From Bispira polyomma (taxonomy: Eukaryota), in contig OZ287757.1 in assembly GCA_965649765.1 (NCBI GenBank), forward strand, positions 23,188,001 to 23,252,000: a DNA stretch of 64,000 bases, written 5' to 3'. Under the pieces are notes generated by a model that made no database searches, had not been told where the DNA came from, and was given only the letters and a program-made list of their open reading frames with translations. Shown here one piece after another: positions 46,893 through 60,100 of the stretch (positions within the stretch are counted from its first letter, which is position 1; each line of letters starts with the position of its first letter). A program made the translations under genes and the position numbers.

Positions 46893-49800
46893 TTTGATGA
46901 CAAGGGGTCATGTACTGCAGCCACCTGGTCGTTATACATAATACTCATTAAATGCAGTTCAAATGGATTGGATGACAATGCTCCATCTGCCCTTCAGCAA
47001 TAAATACAGTTGATAATCACCTGCGGCCATCTGCTCATTCTACACATGGTAATGGATTGACGAAGAAGTTGGAACAATGAGCCATCTGTTCCAAATTGAT
47101 TAGCAAGGGGGGGGGGGGGTGTCACATGAATTCATTAATCACCTGCTGCCACCTGGTCATTCTACACTAGTCAATGGATTGACAAAGAAGGGGGTTACAA
47201 TGAGCCATTACCGGGGGGGGGGGGGCATCGTGGTCTATGACGTCAAATTTGTGCACCCGCTGTTACTGCTATCTTCCCACCCTATATACTACTTATATAG
47301 TACTTAAATTAAGGATGGTTTTGCTATTTGCCTAACACTCTACTGCAATAGCAATAATCATGTGTACCATTATCTGATTTGTTGGAGCATTTACCATTAT
47401 TTATTGAGGAGCTTACATATTGCCTTAGCCTCATTATAATTTATCCCTTGGTTGAGATTAGCACTATGACTGTGGCCGCTGTCAGCCGTTGAGAGGCCAC
47501 TGTATCTTTTCCTTCCAGGACAACTGACCCTCTTCTACCTCTTGCATATTAAAGGCCCACGCTGTCCTGACGACTGGCCATGGCAAAAAAGCGGCATCTT
47601 GTGACGTGTACACCAATTGGTACATCATGCTGTGTTATGGGACCTGTTGCAGCTGAGTCGCGCCTAACCCTGAGTGTAGTGGCAGTTGCATTTGATTTTG
47701 AATTGGATCAGTGTGTGTTCCACCTAACCCAAACTGGTTCGATCCCTAAGTGTGAGTTTGCCAATAGATGAACATCCCACCAAGTCACTGTTCATAGCTG
47801 GCGGAGTTTGAGATAGCATCGGTTGTGTGTGAGTACCGCCTAAGCCTGTGTTTGGTAGTTGAGGCCGTTGAACGAATTCTGCTGCCGGGTCATTGGGTAA
47901 ATTCGACAGTGTCATACTGAAGAACGTTTTAGCTTCTACCCTCTCTATACGTTGTGATAAGGAGATACTAGATGACTTGAGTCTTTTCAAAGTTGACAAC
48001 ATCTAGTCAGAGCCTGAACTAGAGGCCGTGGATTGACCGTGAGCAAGATTGGTGCTCCCAGCGCCATCTCAAAGTGATAGGTTCTGTCTCTAAACAATAT
48101 ACTAGTAGACTGGCTTTCTAAATTTCTGGAATTAGAATTGGATATCTGATCACCTGTGTCCTCTTTAGCTTTAAACACCTTGGTTTGACAAGTTGTTTCT
48201 TAGTCTTGATTACATTGCATAGAGTCGCTTTCGTAGCTTTTCCCATAATGGATGTATAACACTCTGTACTAGACGTATAACACAATATATCATGTATGTG
48301 TGTAAAGTTTTTAAAAATAACATATAAAAAAAAGAAAACTTAAAAATACGTTGTTTTTTCAAATTTAAAATTAATATGGTGTCCTTAAGTTTTTGCCGGT
48401 AGAAGGGTGGCATTCTAGTAATTCTATTGGTTCGTCTAGAAATGGGCAGTTGTAACAATAATGCATGTCGTAGCAAAACTAAATCTCAAAGTGGAACAAA
48501 CAAATGGGGTTGTGGACTGAAGTAGCAGTCACCTAAAGCTGTCATGCTAACCAAGCGAGTTATCGATAACTCAGAAACAAGGAATCATTACATTGGTGCC
48601 TAAACCAGGTAAATCAAGACTATTTCTCAAGAATTGGCGTTCCATTCCATTAGTTAATGTCGACTTTAAGTTTATATCAAGTGTACTTGCCTTAAGAATG
48701 ACAGAAATGCTACACAAAATTAAAAGTAACAATCAAAAAGGCTCCTTGAAAACCAAGATATTGGCGAAAATATAAGGACTATATGATTTTATGATATTAT
48801 CCATTTTTTTCAAATAACAACAAATAGCTGGCTTACTTTTGCTCATAGATTTTTAAAAGGCCTTTGATTCTCTAGAATGGGTTTACATCAGAAAAGTTTT
48901 GTATGCATATAAGTTTGGACAACCAGTGCCTAGGGTTTCAGAAGTTTTAATTGTCACAACACAGAGATAAATAGTATTGCGGTTAAATATTTATTATTGA
49001 CTAGGTTATATCTAATAGCTTGCTATGCACAGTTAAGATATTTGCGGGCTTAAGGTCACCATAACACTGGTGTCAATGCACCTTAAGGTGACCCTAAGGT
49101 CACCATACAAAATTTTAAGGTCACCATAACTTAAGTTGAAAATCTAGGATTTGAGATAAAGGTGACCTTAAAGATTTTAGACTGAGGTCACCATAAATTG
49201 AGTTTAAGCAAAGAGGTAACAGGAAGTGATTGAGACTGAGGTTACGATTAATTAAGTTCAGGTTTATAGGAATTAATAAACAAAGGTGACCCTAATGAAT
49301 TTTGAGATTGAAATTTATTTATAACATTTTGACTATTATTAATTTCAGCATGAGTACATTATGTACTCTGTTCATAAAGTGACCTTATGCCCAACAAGAC
49401 AGTAAACTTGTATTTACTGTTACAGTATATTAATTCTATCTTTTTATCTACTAATTTGTTACTGACCTGACACATTTTAAGTGCGGAGCCACCAAACACC
49501 ATATTTTATGTAGGGAGTAGTGCATTTCGGAAACAGTCGGCTACATTAGAACCTGCATGTGCAGAGTCTGTAATGTAGCGCCATACACAGTCCGACGTCC
49601 AGGTGCCATGCCTCTGTATGTCTTGTAAGGGGACATTATTGTTGAAAGCAAAGATGGCACCTGAACCTCGGAAGGCATGGAATGTTAGTTCACTCTTGTT
49701 CAAGCCAAGCATTTGCAGAACGTTTTTGAGGTGCCGTCTGACTCTCGTGTCTGTCATTGGGAAGATTTTTCCCAGCCGGGGTAATACTCAGAACATTTTT

Positions 49801-51581
49801 GATAGCAGTGACCGGGCACAGGTCAGATCCAGGTAAAACGGGAAGGGTTAATAACTTAACCACGTCATTTGTTTGTGGAGTTTTGGACCATTTTACCACT
49901 AACACTGCATAGCCTGGCTTGAACATTGTGTCAGCTCTTGCCAGTTGCTTTAGTGGTGAGTAAGCACTAACAGAATGAGGACACAAATTGGACAGACGTA
50001 AAAGACTGAAAAAGCTTGTTAGATAAATTCCTTTGAAAATCAGCCCCATATAGATTGCTTCACATTTCTTTACCAATTGTTTGAGCAGAGGTACATCAAA
50101 CAGAGATTTGTAGAACGCTTACCACTGCTTGATTGTCACATTTGACCAGAATTTTTTTACCTTGCCATTTCTTGGCCCATATTTTGAGGGCTACTACAAT
50201 GTTTAGCATCTCTAAGTATGCAATGTTATCATTGTGCATATGGTCTGGTAATTTAAGCTGGTATACTTGATTAGCATGGATGCCCCCCACTCCTGTGAGG
50301 CATGCATCTAATTCGATTTCACCAGTTATGAGTTTATGGTCAAAGAAAGAGACACCGTTAAACTGGTCTATAAATGTCTGGAACCAATTCAGATCACGTC
50401 TCAATTCAGTGATTATTTTGAACCTTTTTTTGCTGTGGTTATCTCTCAGTAATTTGAGCATTCTATTTAGAAACACCCGAGAATATTTGATACACTTTGC
50501 AACGAATAACAAAAGGCCCAGCAACGATTGTAGTTCACGTTTAGTGCAGTGAGTTTTTACTTCCCAGAGTTTACACAATTTTTTAATCTCGCCCAATAAT
50601 TGTTTAAATACTGTTTCCACTTGCTTTCATGCAATTGTGACTGAATGGGAATTTGTAAACCAGCATAGTTATGTCTACCATCAGCACGAAGGTGTGCATG
50701 AGCCTTTAGCATATTAGCTTCTATTTTATTTCTATTTTTGTCTTTGATTTGTTTTCCTAACCCAGAAAGGGGGGTAAACCCATACTGGAATTCACTTTGC
50801 TCTCACCATTTAACAAAGGTGCTATTATTCTGTGCTTTTACAAGGAGCTCGGCCCTGTTGCGTTTCTGCTTTAACACCCCACTATACTTATCACCCTGAA
50901 CAATGCACTCATTGTAATCTGTTTGGTTTTCCCGTTCACCTTTTAGTTCTAAGTGAGGCCGTGGGTTGGTGTTATTCACACCTCCTTCTTTTGACCTATT
51001 GTTCTTATTTTGCATTGTCTCACTAGTTTTAGGTTTGGTGTTGTTCACACCTCCCTCCCTGTGGTTATTGTCTCTAATTTTGTCAATAGTTTGTGTGGGT
51101 TGACGTGTCACATTGTTTTCACACATTTCCTCCCTAGTGTTCACTTCGGTTAAACTTTCAAACCTGTTGTGAAGTGGTATTTCTAGGCATTGTTGTGTAT
51201 ACTTGTTAGCACTATTGAGAACAGATTTTGCATATTGTTTGGCCATTCTGTTGTCATTCATGCTACTTTCCTTATTTTGTCCATTGGACTGTTTATGCAC
51301 CCTGTTGGGGATTGTAACATTACATTGACCTTCAGTTACAGTCTTTTGTTTAAAAGCCTTCTTCCCAGTACTACCATCAACACGTGTACTTTGACCTTGG
51401 TGACTTTTACACCCATTTTGGCTTTTACTTTTAACCATTTCACAATAACTAATGTCACCTATTGTGACCTTCATGTATGAACACATTTTATGTACAACAT
51501 TTTTATTAAACAAATGAAAATCCTGGAAATCAGAATGAAAAACTACTCTACTGACAACATTTTCCATTTCTATTAGTCTTA

Positions 51582-51615
51582 CCACTGCGTTGTCGCAGTG
51601 GCCCCCTAGTTTTTT
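51582..51615 (-). promoter_or_regulatory. Programmed -1 ribosomal frameshift signal at the gag-pol junction
   Basis: Minus strand A AAA AAC (51615-51609) in the gag frame, 7-nt spacer, hairpin CCACTGCG-ACAA-CGCAGTGG; pol ORF is in the -1 frame. Confidence 0.8.
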
Positions 51616-52652
51616 GTCACTTTTTTACTACATGAACTTGTTTTATGTACTCCTTCACATGTCTCACACTTGTGTTTATAAAATTTGTCCCCTGTTTTGT
51701 GACCCTTTGAAAATCTATAGTTTCCCTCTTGAAAAAACCGACATGTCACTGAGTTTAATTTACCATTGTTCTTTTTGGTTATATTTGCACTACGTGTACC
51801 ATTATCAGCTGAAGCCCCAGTACTAGGTATATGATGTTGGGCACGAGCCCTGCGAACCCTGTCCACGTTTTCGATATCGAGCCATCCCAATTTGTCTATC
51901 TCCATGTTAGTTAAAAGGACTGAATGGGAAGCCTTAGCCGCTTCCCAGGAAAAATCCTGGGCGTCTTCCATAAGGCTTCCCTTGTAGTCCAACATGGCAC
52001 CTTTAACTTCAATACTCTTTTCGTCTTGGATAATACGTGTGAATCCACACACCCATTGCACTAAGGTCAAGTCGTCATAACTGGGTCTAGATTTAGCACT
52101 TCCGGATAAGACATGATTTTGAGGCCAATCAACCGACTTTTTTACTAGAGCTTCGGAGCCACCTCCTCGTTGGGATTTCACACTACCTTTGGTAGGACTC
52201 TCATTGATATTTTTAAGTTCCTTGAGCCTTTGCTCGACTTGAATTTCAACATTGTGCTTAAGGAATTCGACCCCAGGGACAATTGTATTATTATCGCTAC
52301 CCTTGTGGCCTTCGTCGAGGTTTACTGGACTAGAGTTTATAATTGGATTAGATACAGTTATACCAGCCTGCTCAGATGTGTTCATTCTGACCAATGCCTC
52401 CTCGGTTGCCTGCACCCGCCTGTCCATTTTCTCCATCATGTTGTTCATTGACTGTAATTGTGTCAGCATGGCTTGTGCCAATGCAGCCTGACCATCTGGA
52501 ATGGATTCAGGCTGGGAGCTGGAACCAGAAACAATACTAGGACCTGAAACAACTTCTGTTAACACGGCTGTACAATTCCTGCCCGCAGGCCTTTCGTGTT
52601 GTTTTAAACACCGACTACAATTCACCACTTTTCTAGTAGTTATGCGAGACAT
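51606..52652 (-). CDS. gag: Gag-like ORF1 of copy 4 (348 aa, open)
   Basis: N-terminal CSRC..H..C, coiled coil, central region homologous to 31356-32720, C-terminal Cys/His knuckles. Confidence 0.85.
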   Translation of the reverse strand: MSRITTRKVVNCSRCLKQHERPAGRNCTAVLTEVVSGPSIVSGSSSQPESIPDGQAALAQAMLTQLQSMNNMMEKMDRRVQATEEALVRMNTSEQAGITVSNPIINSSPVNLDEGHKGSDNNTIVPGVEFLKHNVEIQVEQRLKELKNINESPTKGSVKSQRGGGSEALVKKSVDWPQNHVLSGSAKSRPSYDDLTLVQWVCGFTRIIQDEKSIEVKGAMLDYKGSLMEDAQDFSWEAAKASHSVLLTNMEIDKLGWLDIENVDRVRRARAQHHIPSTGASADNGTRSANITKKNNGKLNSVTCRFFQEGNYRFSKGHKTGDKFYKHKCETCEGVHKTSSCSKKVTKN

Positions 52653-54127
52653 GACTGAAGCAAGTTATAAAGATAAAACACTGAAAATTTTCTTATTAAA
52701 AACACATAAACTCCAATTATGCCTCGTTTTAATTTTAAACTCTTTCTCCTGAAACCTCGAACGCAAATGGCGGCTAAATTTGGAGGAAAAATGCCTTTTA
52801 TACTCACACCCAGGCCCCTTCCATATTCTTTAGTCTGGTCCCCCAGCACTGAGGCCGCTATCACCTGTGGCGTTACCTCACAATTTCAAAAAATGGTATA
52901 ACCTTCTCTATACAAATTCCTGTAGCTGTGTTGTTAATAATGGCTTCTTCTCTAAATTCATTGAGAAGAAGCACTCTCTTTAGAGCTTAAGCGAAAACTC
53001 CATCAAAGTGAATCCTTATTACAGGAAATTAATTAATTTTAAAGATGCTATCATTAAGATTGAAAAACTTTTATTTCAGTATAAGAAATATCATTTATCC
53101 CTGATAGGAAAAGTCACTGTGATCAAAACACTTGTTCTTCCAAAAATAGTTTATCCACTGACTATTCTTCCAGCTCCCTCAGAAGATATATTTAAAAGGC
53201 TTTTTAAGGGGTTTTCAATGTGCATTACAACTATCATGAATAAAGAGAATAATAGAGTCTGATGATACATGGCAAACATAAATTGTATCACAAAGTTAGG
53301 TCACGTTAAACATAAACTTTTAAAAAAAAATGTATTAAAAATGTCAAAAGTTTGCAATGGCATATATTGAAAAATTATTAGAAACATTAACGTAGAAAGG
53401 TCCAATATTTCAAAATGGGCAGCTATCATTAATGAAACATTTGACCCTGAAAGCATGAGTGTGTTTTATAATACAAACTACAGATGCACGATGGAAACTA
53501 GAATGAGGGATTTTCTGTATAAAATTATTCAAAGAGTTGTTCCAATGAATAGCTTTTTGAAGCTTTGCAAATTTAAAGATACAAACAGCTGTTATTTCTG
53601 TAATAGTGAAGTTGGAAACATAGAATATTTGTTTCTGGTATTGATTTAATCATTTGTGTCTCATGGTTCACATGACAATAGTCTAAAGCCCAGATGAATA
53701 AAATTATTACTAAACAGGGCAATAGAAGAGTAAGATTAACAGCTTTTTAATAAATACAATGTATGTCATTTCATTTAGTTTTACAAGTTTATGTTGAATG
53801 TCCCTTTCAATACCAGGTAACTGGTGAAGGAAGTACAGCAATCGATCAGTAACTTTCCCACATAAACACTCTTGCTATTTATACCCACAATGGTCAATGT
53901 TGAAGGTGAGCTTTAGAAGTTTGTTTGTAAGGATATTTGCTTGTTTAAAAAACACACTGTACACACCACATCAGTTTTTTATTGACAGTTAAATGAATTT
54001 TGACATTTTTAGCATCAATAGATTCTGAAAGAAAGAACAAAAGCAGTAAAACCCTAAAATTGTTCCATCTCTTTCTGATGTTGCACCTGTGAGGCATTCC
54101 CAGGAACTCTCATGAAGCACCTGCTGT

Positions 54128-57100
54128 CTATACGCAAGCTATCCAGTTGAAGGTGTAATACCCATGATAAGCATACATGTCATATTCAGCAAACCCTACA
54201 CCAATGTCAAATCCGCTTGTTGTGATCATGCTCTTGTCTGCCCAATACCAAAAACCCTCTGTGATTAGTTGTCCAAATGCTGGAAGCAAAACAGAATGTT
54301 AAACTGAATGCATCCTCTGCAGAGTTAAAAAATTAAATATGCAAAGTAAATTTTTAAGAATTATTGCACAAATCATTGTAACATAAAAATTGATTAATGA
54401 TTTGCTGTTGTAAAAACAAACTGTATAAAGCAACATCTTACCACAATCGAAAGGTAAAATGATATCTTTCCCTGAATTTTTAGGCATATGTAAAAGTAAA
54501 ATTAAAATCTATAGAACAATTTATTTGACTACAGACGAAGGAATTCAAAATGAAATGTTTCAGATTTTAGAAAAAATAAATTTTTCACAAGATTGATGCA
54601 ACTTGAACACTTTTTTCTATGTTACACGTAATTGAACATGATAATTAAATGCTTTACTCTGGTGACACTTTCGGTAATGTAATGTCTTCTTTTTTTTTCT
54701 TTTTTTCTTGCAGCGTTTTGTGAAATTGTATTTGTGGTGATGTGTTTAATACATAGTCTGAAAACTGAAGTGAAAATTTAAAATGGTGTTGTTTTTTTGT
54801 CATTGTCCTTGTATTTGTTAATCGCCTGTGAATAATGTTTGTAATGTTATTTTTGTAGTTAGTGACTTATGTCATAGTAATTGTGAGTTATGTTATAGTA
54901 ATGGTTTGCTGCGCATATGTATAATATATAAACTGATTACCAAGTACATTGAACTGTAATATGTTAATTTGGTATCGTCTTTTGTCATTGTAATATGTTA
55001 ATTATGTATGGTCTTTTGTCATTGTAATATGATAATTATGTATGGTCTTTTGTCATTGTAAAGTCTACATGTATTTGCTTACTGTCTGTGTGAATAATGT
55101 ATGAACAAAAAAATAAAAATAAAAAAAAAACCAAAAAAAAAAAACATCTTACCAGTAATTTGTTGTGTCAATTTGAATTAACCTAATTTTTGAATCTTTA
55201 TTGAAGTATTACAATAGTTTTACCTAGTTATTACACTAAATGCATTGGGTAAAGGTATGTTAAATAAATGTTAACTATTACTGATGAAAAAGTTGAGTGG
55301 TAGAAAACGATAAGTCATGTTTTATGCCAAAATAAGTATATTCTGCAGGACTAATAAATTTCTCTCCCCACGCCCCAAACAGTAGACCATTCCCCAACTG
55401 GTTCTTCAGCCCACCACTAGATATAGAACAGTACTCATTGTCATTTACTTGGTCTTGGTCATCTCACCTACTATGTATTGTTGAATGTAAAAGGATGGTT
55501 AAAGCTGCCATGCAGTTCAAGTCTTCTTGATTCAAGTATGTGGGGAAATATTGCCTGAGGAAAATGTCAGACATATTGTCTTTATATTTATTTTATAATA
55601 CCGTCTCTACATTCCTATTATATCTATACAAGACTTGCGGTGGGCTGACGCCTTGGTGTCAGCCCCCTCATTTCTGGTACTAGGTCACTGGGGGGCCAAT
55701 TAGGCCACCAGGGGTCAGGGAAGCCATATTGTCTTTATATTTATTTTATAATACCGTCTCTATATTCCTATTTTATCCATACAAGACTTGGTGGTGTAAA
55801 ATAGATTTTTTAAAATTATGTTACATTATGTTGCTTACATAGTAAATACAACCAGTTATAAGACACAATATTTGGTTGTGAATTACAGCTGGTTATGAAT
55901 ACACCAGAATCTATGCTTTAAACAATTAGATAACATAATCAGTATGGTTGTTTTTAAATATATATAAACTTGCATTTGTAACCTCTCTCAAATGACAATG
56001 CGAGATGAAAACATTAAGTTTCCTTACCACTATTAAATAATGAAAGCCAATACAGATTGCTATGTATTTAAAAAAAAAAGTTTTTGTACTTTTCCTACTT
56101 CATTTAACAATGACTGCCAGTTACAGCGAGGGTTGTATAAATCAACTGACACCTAGAAACAACTATTTTGGGTAATTTTAAATGATGGGTGCGTTAGTGT
56201 ACTTTCTCATTTGCATAAACAGGTGGCACTGTGAATGTGTGAGAATTTCAGTCTCTATACGTATATGCCTATATAAGTTTACGTAGACAAAAATATTAAA
56301 TTCAAACACACAATGCTATTTTTCTGCCATACACTATTCACTTTCTGTGCACAAGAAAGAAACAAGTTTTCTTTTGATGAGTTGATTACTTATTACTATG
56401 CTCTAGCACAACCCTGTGTTTTATAGTTTAATTTTAGGGGTTCGAGGTTGTCTAGTTTTAAGAAGTGTTCATAATCACTGTCATTTCACTGATGTTGTCT
56501 TAACTGCCATTTGTTCTATTAAGTGGAAAAGTTTGTCAGGTACTTGCCGGTAGGTCAAGGTTTACCGTGCCTCAGCACTAGCTTGCTTAACACTTAAATG
56601 TTGTGATTATATCGATGTTGAAATCAATGCAAGCGCCAACTAAATTCAAATACAGTGTAATTCTATTTACGGTAGATTCCTGCATTTTTCACTGCAGACA
56701 TGCTCAACACAGGCACTGCACTAAAGGCTTGCTGGAAAGTCATGGCAAAGTGCATCTCATTGCTGGCCCTAAGTATACAATCATCGCCAAATGGATACAT
56801 ATAGCAACAGCCAGGTTCACAGAACAGTTGCATAGTCCCACTCTCACCTGAAAAAAAGAAATATAACTCCTTTACCTACATTAACACTAACCTGCTTCCC
56901 AAAGTTGTTTTGATATTGTTTGATGGTCATGTCAGACACGCTGATATGTTCTGAATCTGAGGCAGAATGAATCTAAGGTAAGATCTGTCCTGATGCAGTA
57001 AGGTAAACTATCAAAATAAATTTTTCACCTGTGTATCCTAAATCTATAAATATTAACCTCAAATAATTTATTGTGTTGATTTATTCTCCTGGCATTAATT

Positions 57101-60100
57101 AACACCATACTTGTAGTATTTTTAGCATGGATTGGAGTAAGCAGCCAGACCAAAAGTCAAGATAAATAGGCGGATAGTAACTAAAAGCAAGCTTACACCT
57201 CTTGACGTGGCTTTCCATCACTGTCGCTATGTTATTAGTATTGGTGAGAACGGCCTCATTGATTCCCATGATTTGAACACTCAGTACATCTATCATGGAG
57301 GTGAGTGTACTCACTGCCTCATCAAACTCCTCCCCTGTGACGACTGAAGAAATAAAACAAAAAAATGCAAAAATAAAGTAGTATTTCCACATATGTGAGT
57401 ACACATCATCTGTACCCATCAAACATATCCCTTATGGTGATAGATTTTTAAGCATATCCTTTTTATTTGTGATATGATTTTAGAATCTACGTCCTAATAC
57501 GAAAATGTTAAGGCATTAATAACGTAAACATGAAAAACGATCGCCGCTAGACCATGTTATGAAAGACATACCATTTTCAGGCACAGACGACTTTGTTACA
57601 AAGGCCTTAAGTCAGTTTTTTAACAAGCATTTTTATTTTCTGACAAGTGAAATTAATAAATGAGGAACTAAATAACAATTCAAGATCAATCTTATTAATT
57701 TTATTTTTTATAAAAACAGATTATCAACCACAAATATTACATATAGCAAGGCGTAAAATTAACCAAAAATGTCAATATTTGTTCATGTACACCCTTGCCA
57801 AACGTGACACAATACCCCTGTAAAGAAAGAATCAATACTACCATATTGTATAACACAGCATAGAGAAAGACTTTAGCATCATTTTGCCAGATTTACTTTT
57901 TCAACAAAATTCGATAAACTCTGTTAATTTTAGGAAATACATAAAGTTAATATATTACAAATTTAATATTGAGTTGTATTCATGTTTTTCATCAGGTGTG
58001 ACTTTGAATTTGAATTTGGCTATTTAACGTCCACTGTAGTACCTTTTAATAGGTTATTTTGGGACGGGTAGTTGGAAACGCTGGAGGAAACACTGCATAC
58101 AGTCGGTCAAGGTTCTGCAGAGAAACCAGCGGCCCACAGTAAGGAACTACCACCTTTCCCACATAGGTATTGACGGGATTCGAACTCACGCCGCCCAGAG
58201 GTGAGAGACCAGTGATTGTGAAGCGCAATGCTTGCTAACCACTAGGTTCATCAGGTGTGACAACATATTTAAAAAAAAAAAGTCATTCAAAATAATATAC
58301 ACTTTTTGTAACGTTGTATAGCATATATAATGTGGTCATATATGGTGGATCAATACTCGTATTGCGTCAAAACAGAACGGCTCCTTCTTAAGATTTGTTT
58401 ACAAATATGACGTTCCCGCATGGATTTCAAATTGTGTGACGTCACAATACAGGAATTATTATATGGCTGTTTTAATCACTTTGCAAAGACATATTAAAGT
58501 TTTAAATTGTATTTGCATATAAAAATGGTTAAAACGGTCACCAAAGACACATTTTAAGGCTGCCAGAGTGGGTAGTTATGGTTAAAATATTTTCATAAGT
58601 GCAGAGTAATTTACGGCCGCACTTTTGAATGTTTACTTTACTAAAGCCTTATACCAAATACAATTTCGGGCAACTCTTTCCATCTGTATCTGTACAGAAT
58701 TATTCCTAGCAATGCAGACATATACACATAGTTTAATCATTTTATTGGAACGCACCAAAAGTGGAAATATTTTAACCTGCTTCTGTGACATGTCTGGAAG
58801 GCTGTACTTGTGTATGAAAACAGGCCAGTTGATTTTTTATGTATTTATATTGGGCAGAAATCATACACAAGGTATGACATATATAATATATAGACGTTAT
58901 GACAATGTTACAGTGTAAAAACCTATTTCATAAATATGGATTTTAAGTTAAATATATATAGTAATAATTATGTACCTCTTTTGCTACATTTCTTTGTTTG
59001 CACCATTATGTAATTACCTATTTGTTTACATTAAATGTGTTATGTAATTATTGATGGGCAACCCATATAACCTTTACTAGTTTTAGCTATTTTATGTTGT
59101 AATAAACATATTTTAATGTACTAAAGGTAATCCATGACAAGAACCACTAATTTCTTTGTCTCTCATGCTCGCATGTTATAAGCGTTTACAAATGTATTAT
59201 ACTTTTTTTATCCCTGAAAGACCAATAATTTTACATCATACAGTAAAGAAGTTGACAATTGCAGTAAACTAACCCTCATGCTGTAAATCGTAATATTCAG
59301 AAATGTAAATTTTCCTATGTTCATATCTCTTTGATTATGTGCGCATGCATGTAAAATTTCTATAAAACACTCTGTTTTTAAAATTCAGTAAGTGGCAATT
59401 TGATAATATTTTTTTCAGGTCTAAAAACAAAGTCATTGCATAGATGTTCTAAATCTTTATACAGTGCAGGTTACTAAGTTTAACATTTATTGTGTTGTAA
59501 TGGATAAAGGTATAATATCTAATATTTTTGATCTCTTGCAGATGACACAAAATAATAATGTATTTATCGATGTTAAACAAACAAAATATGATGCTACCAT
59601 GATGATTTGCATTTGAGTTTGGATTGACCTGGATATGTTTGAAGAATATGGCCACTGAACCCAAAAAGAATAATTTAAAAAGTTGTATAATAGATGTAAA
59701 TCTAATATGCTCACAATCCTCCTCTTGTCTTGCAGTCTTTGTTTTATCATTTGCAGCTGCGACCCTACAAATAATGTCAGTTGTTGTTATACTTATTTAC
59801 TAGATGTACAAACAACATATACCAACATATACTTGCAATAAGTCCATAGGTCCAAATGCATGCAATACGGCAAACATAATATGATAATGTAAAGATTACA
59901 ATGTACTGAATCTCAAATAATGACAAATTCTGCAACAAACCTGTCACCTAATATGCAGTTGAAATGTTCATTGATTGTGTATTGATTTAGCTTAATGAAC
60001 TAAAATTGTTACCAAAGAACCGACTAAAATTGATTACTTCCTTCAGAGAATGGTCTTTAGAAGTGATTAAATAGTAAAATTCAAGTCAATCTAAAGCCTT

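Larger units (their letters stand above)
38909..47293 (+). mobile_element. Internally deleted and rearranged Maverick/Polinton (8.4 kb)
   Basis: TIRs 38909-39499 and 46635-47293; termini A(T/G)TAGT..ACTACT; 6-bp TSD TATATA at 38903-38908 and 47294-47299; packaging ATPase, PC4 and BIR ORFs; no polymerase B, integrase or capsid recognised. Confidence 0.9.
38377..48250 (-). mobile_element. Decayed minus-strand Ngaro (copy 5), split by the Maverick: gag 48246-47300, gag end and pol N-terminus 38902-38470
   Basis: MGKATK start at 48246; MLSTLKRLKSS..RIERVE; AICKL..NNGKCS..C..LGK..HP.FK ends exactly at the Maverick right end and resumes at 38902 with ..VGNR-stop-GG, like the gag end of copy 3. Confidence 0.75.
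48921..52879 (-). mobile_element. Ngaro/DIRS copy 4 (different family), internally deleted: gag, partial pol (51585-50096), partial YR (~50110-49506)
   Basis: Gag WPQNHV..RPSYDDL..; RNase H LDACLTGVGG, KCDNQAVV; YR LLRLSN, KWSKT, HAFRGSG, HGTWTSDCVWRY; LINE frame continuous across the insertion. Confidence 0.9.
48575..53650 (+). mobile_element. Decayed Tx1/L1-group LINE RT (48575-48920 and 52880-53650), split by Ngaro copy 4
   Basis: PKPGK..LKNWRSIPLVNVDFK, IDF.KAFDSLEW, FG-HNFKKW..LY..CVVNNG, LSLIGKVTVIKTLVLPK, CYFC knuckle. Confidence 0.85.

Noticed and set aside
55445-55556. Extra exon of the lectin-like gene
   Set aside because: Stops in all three frames as read, and the flanking exons already join in phase
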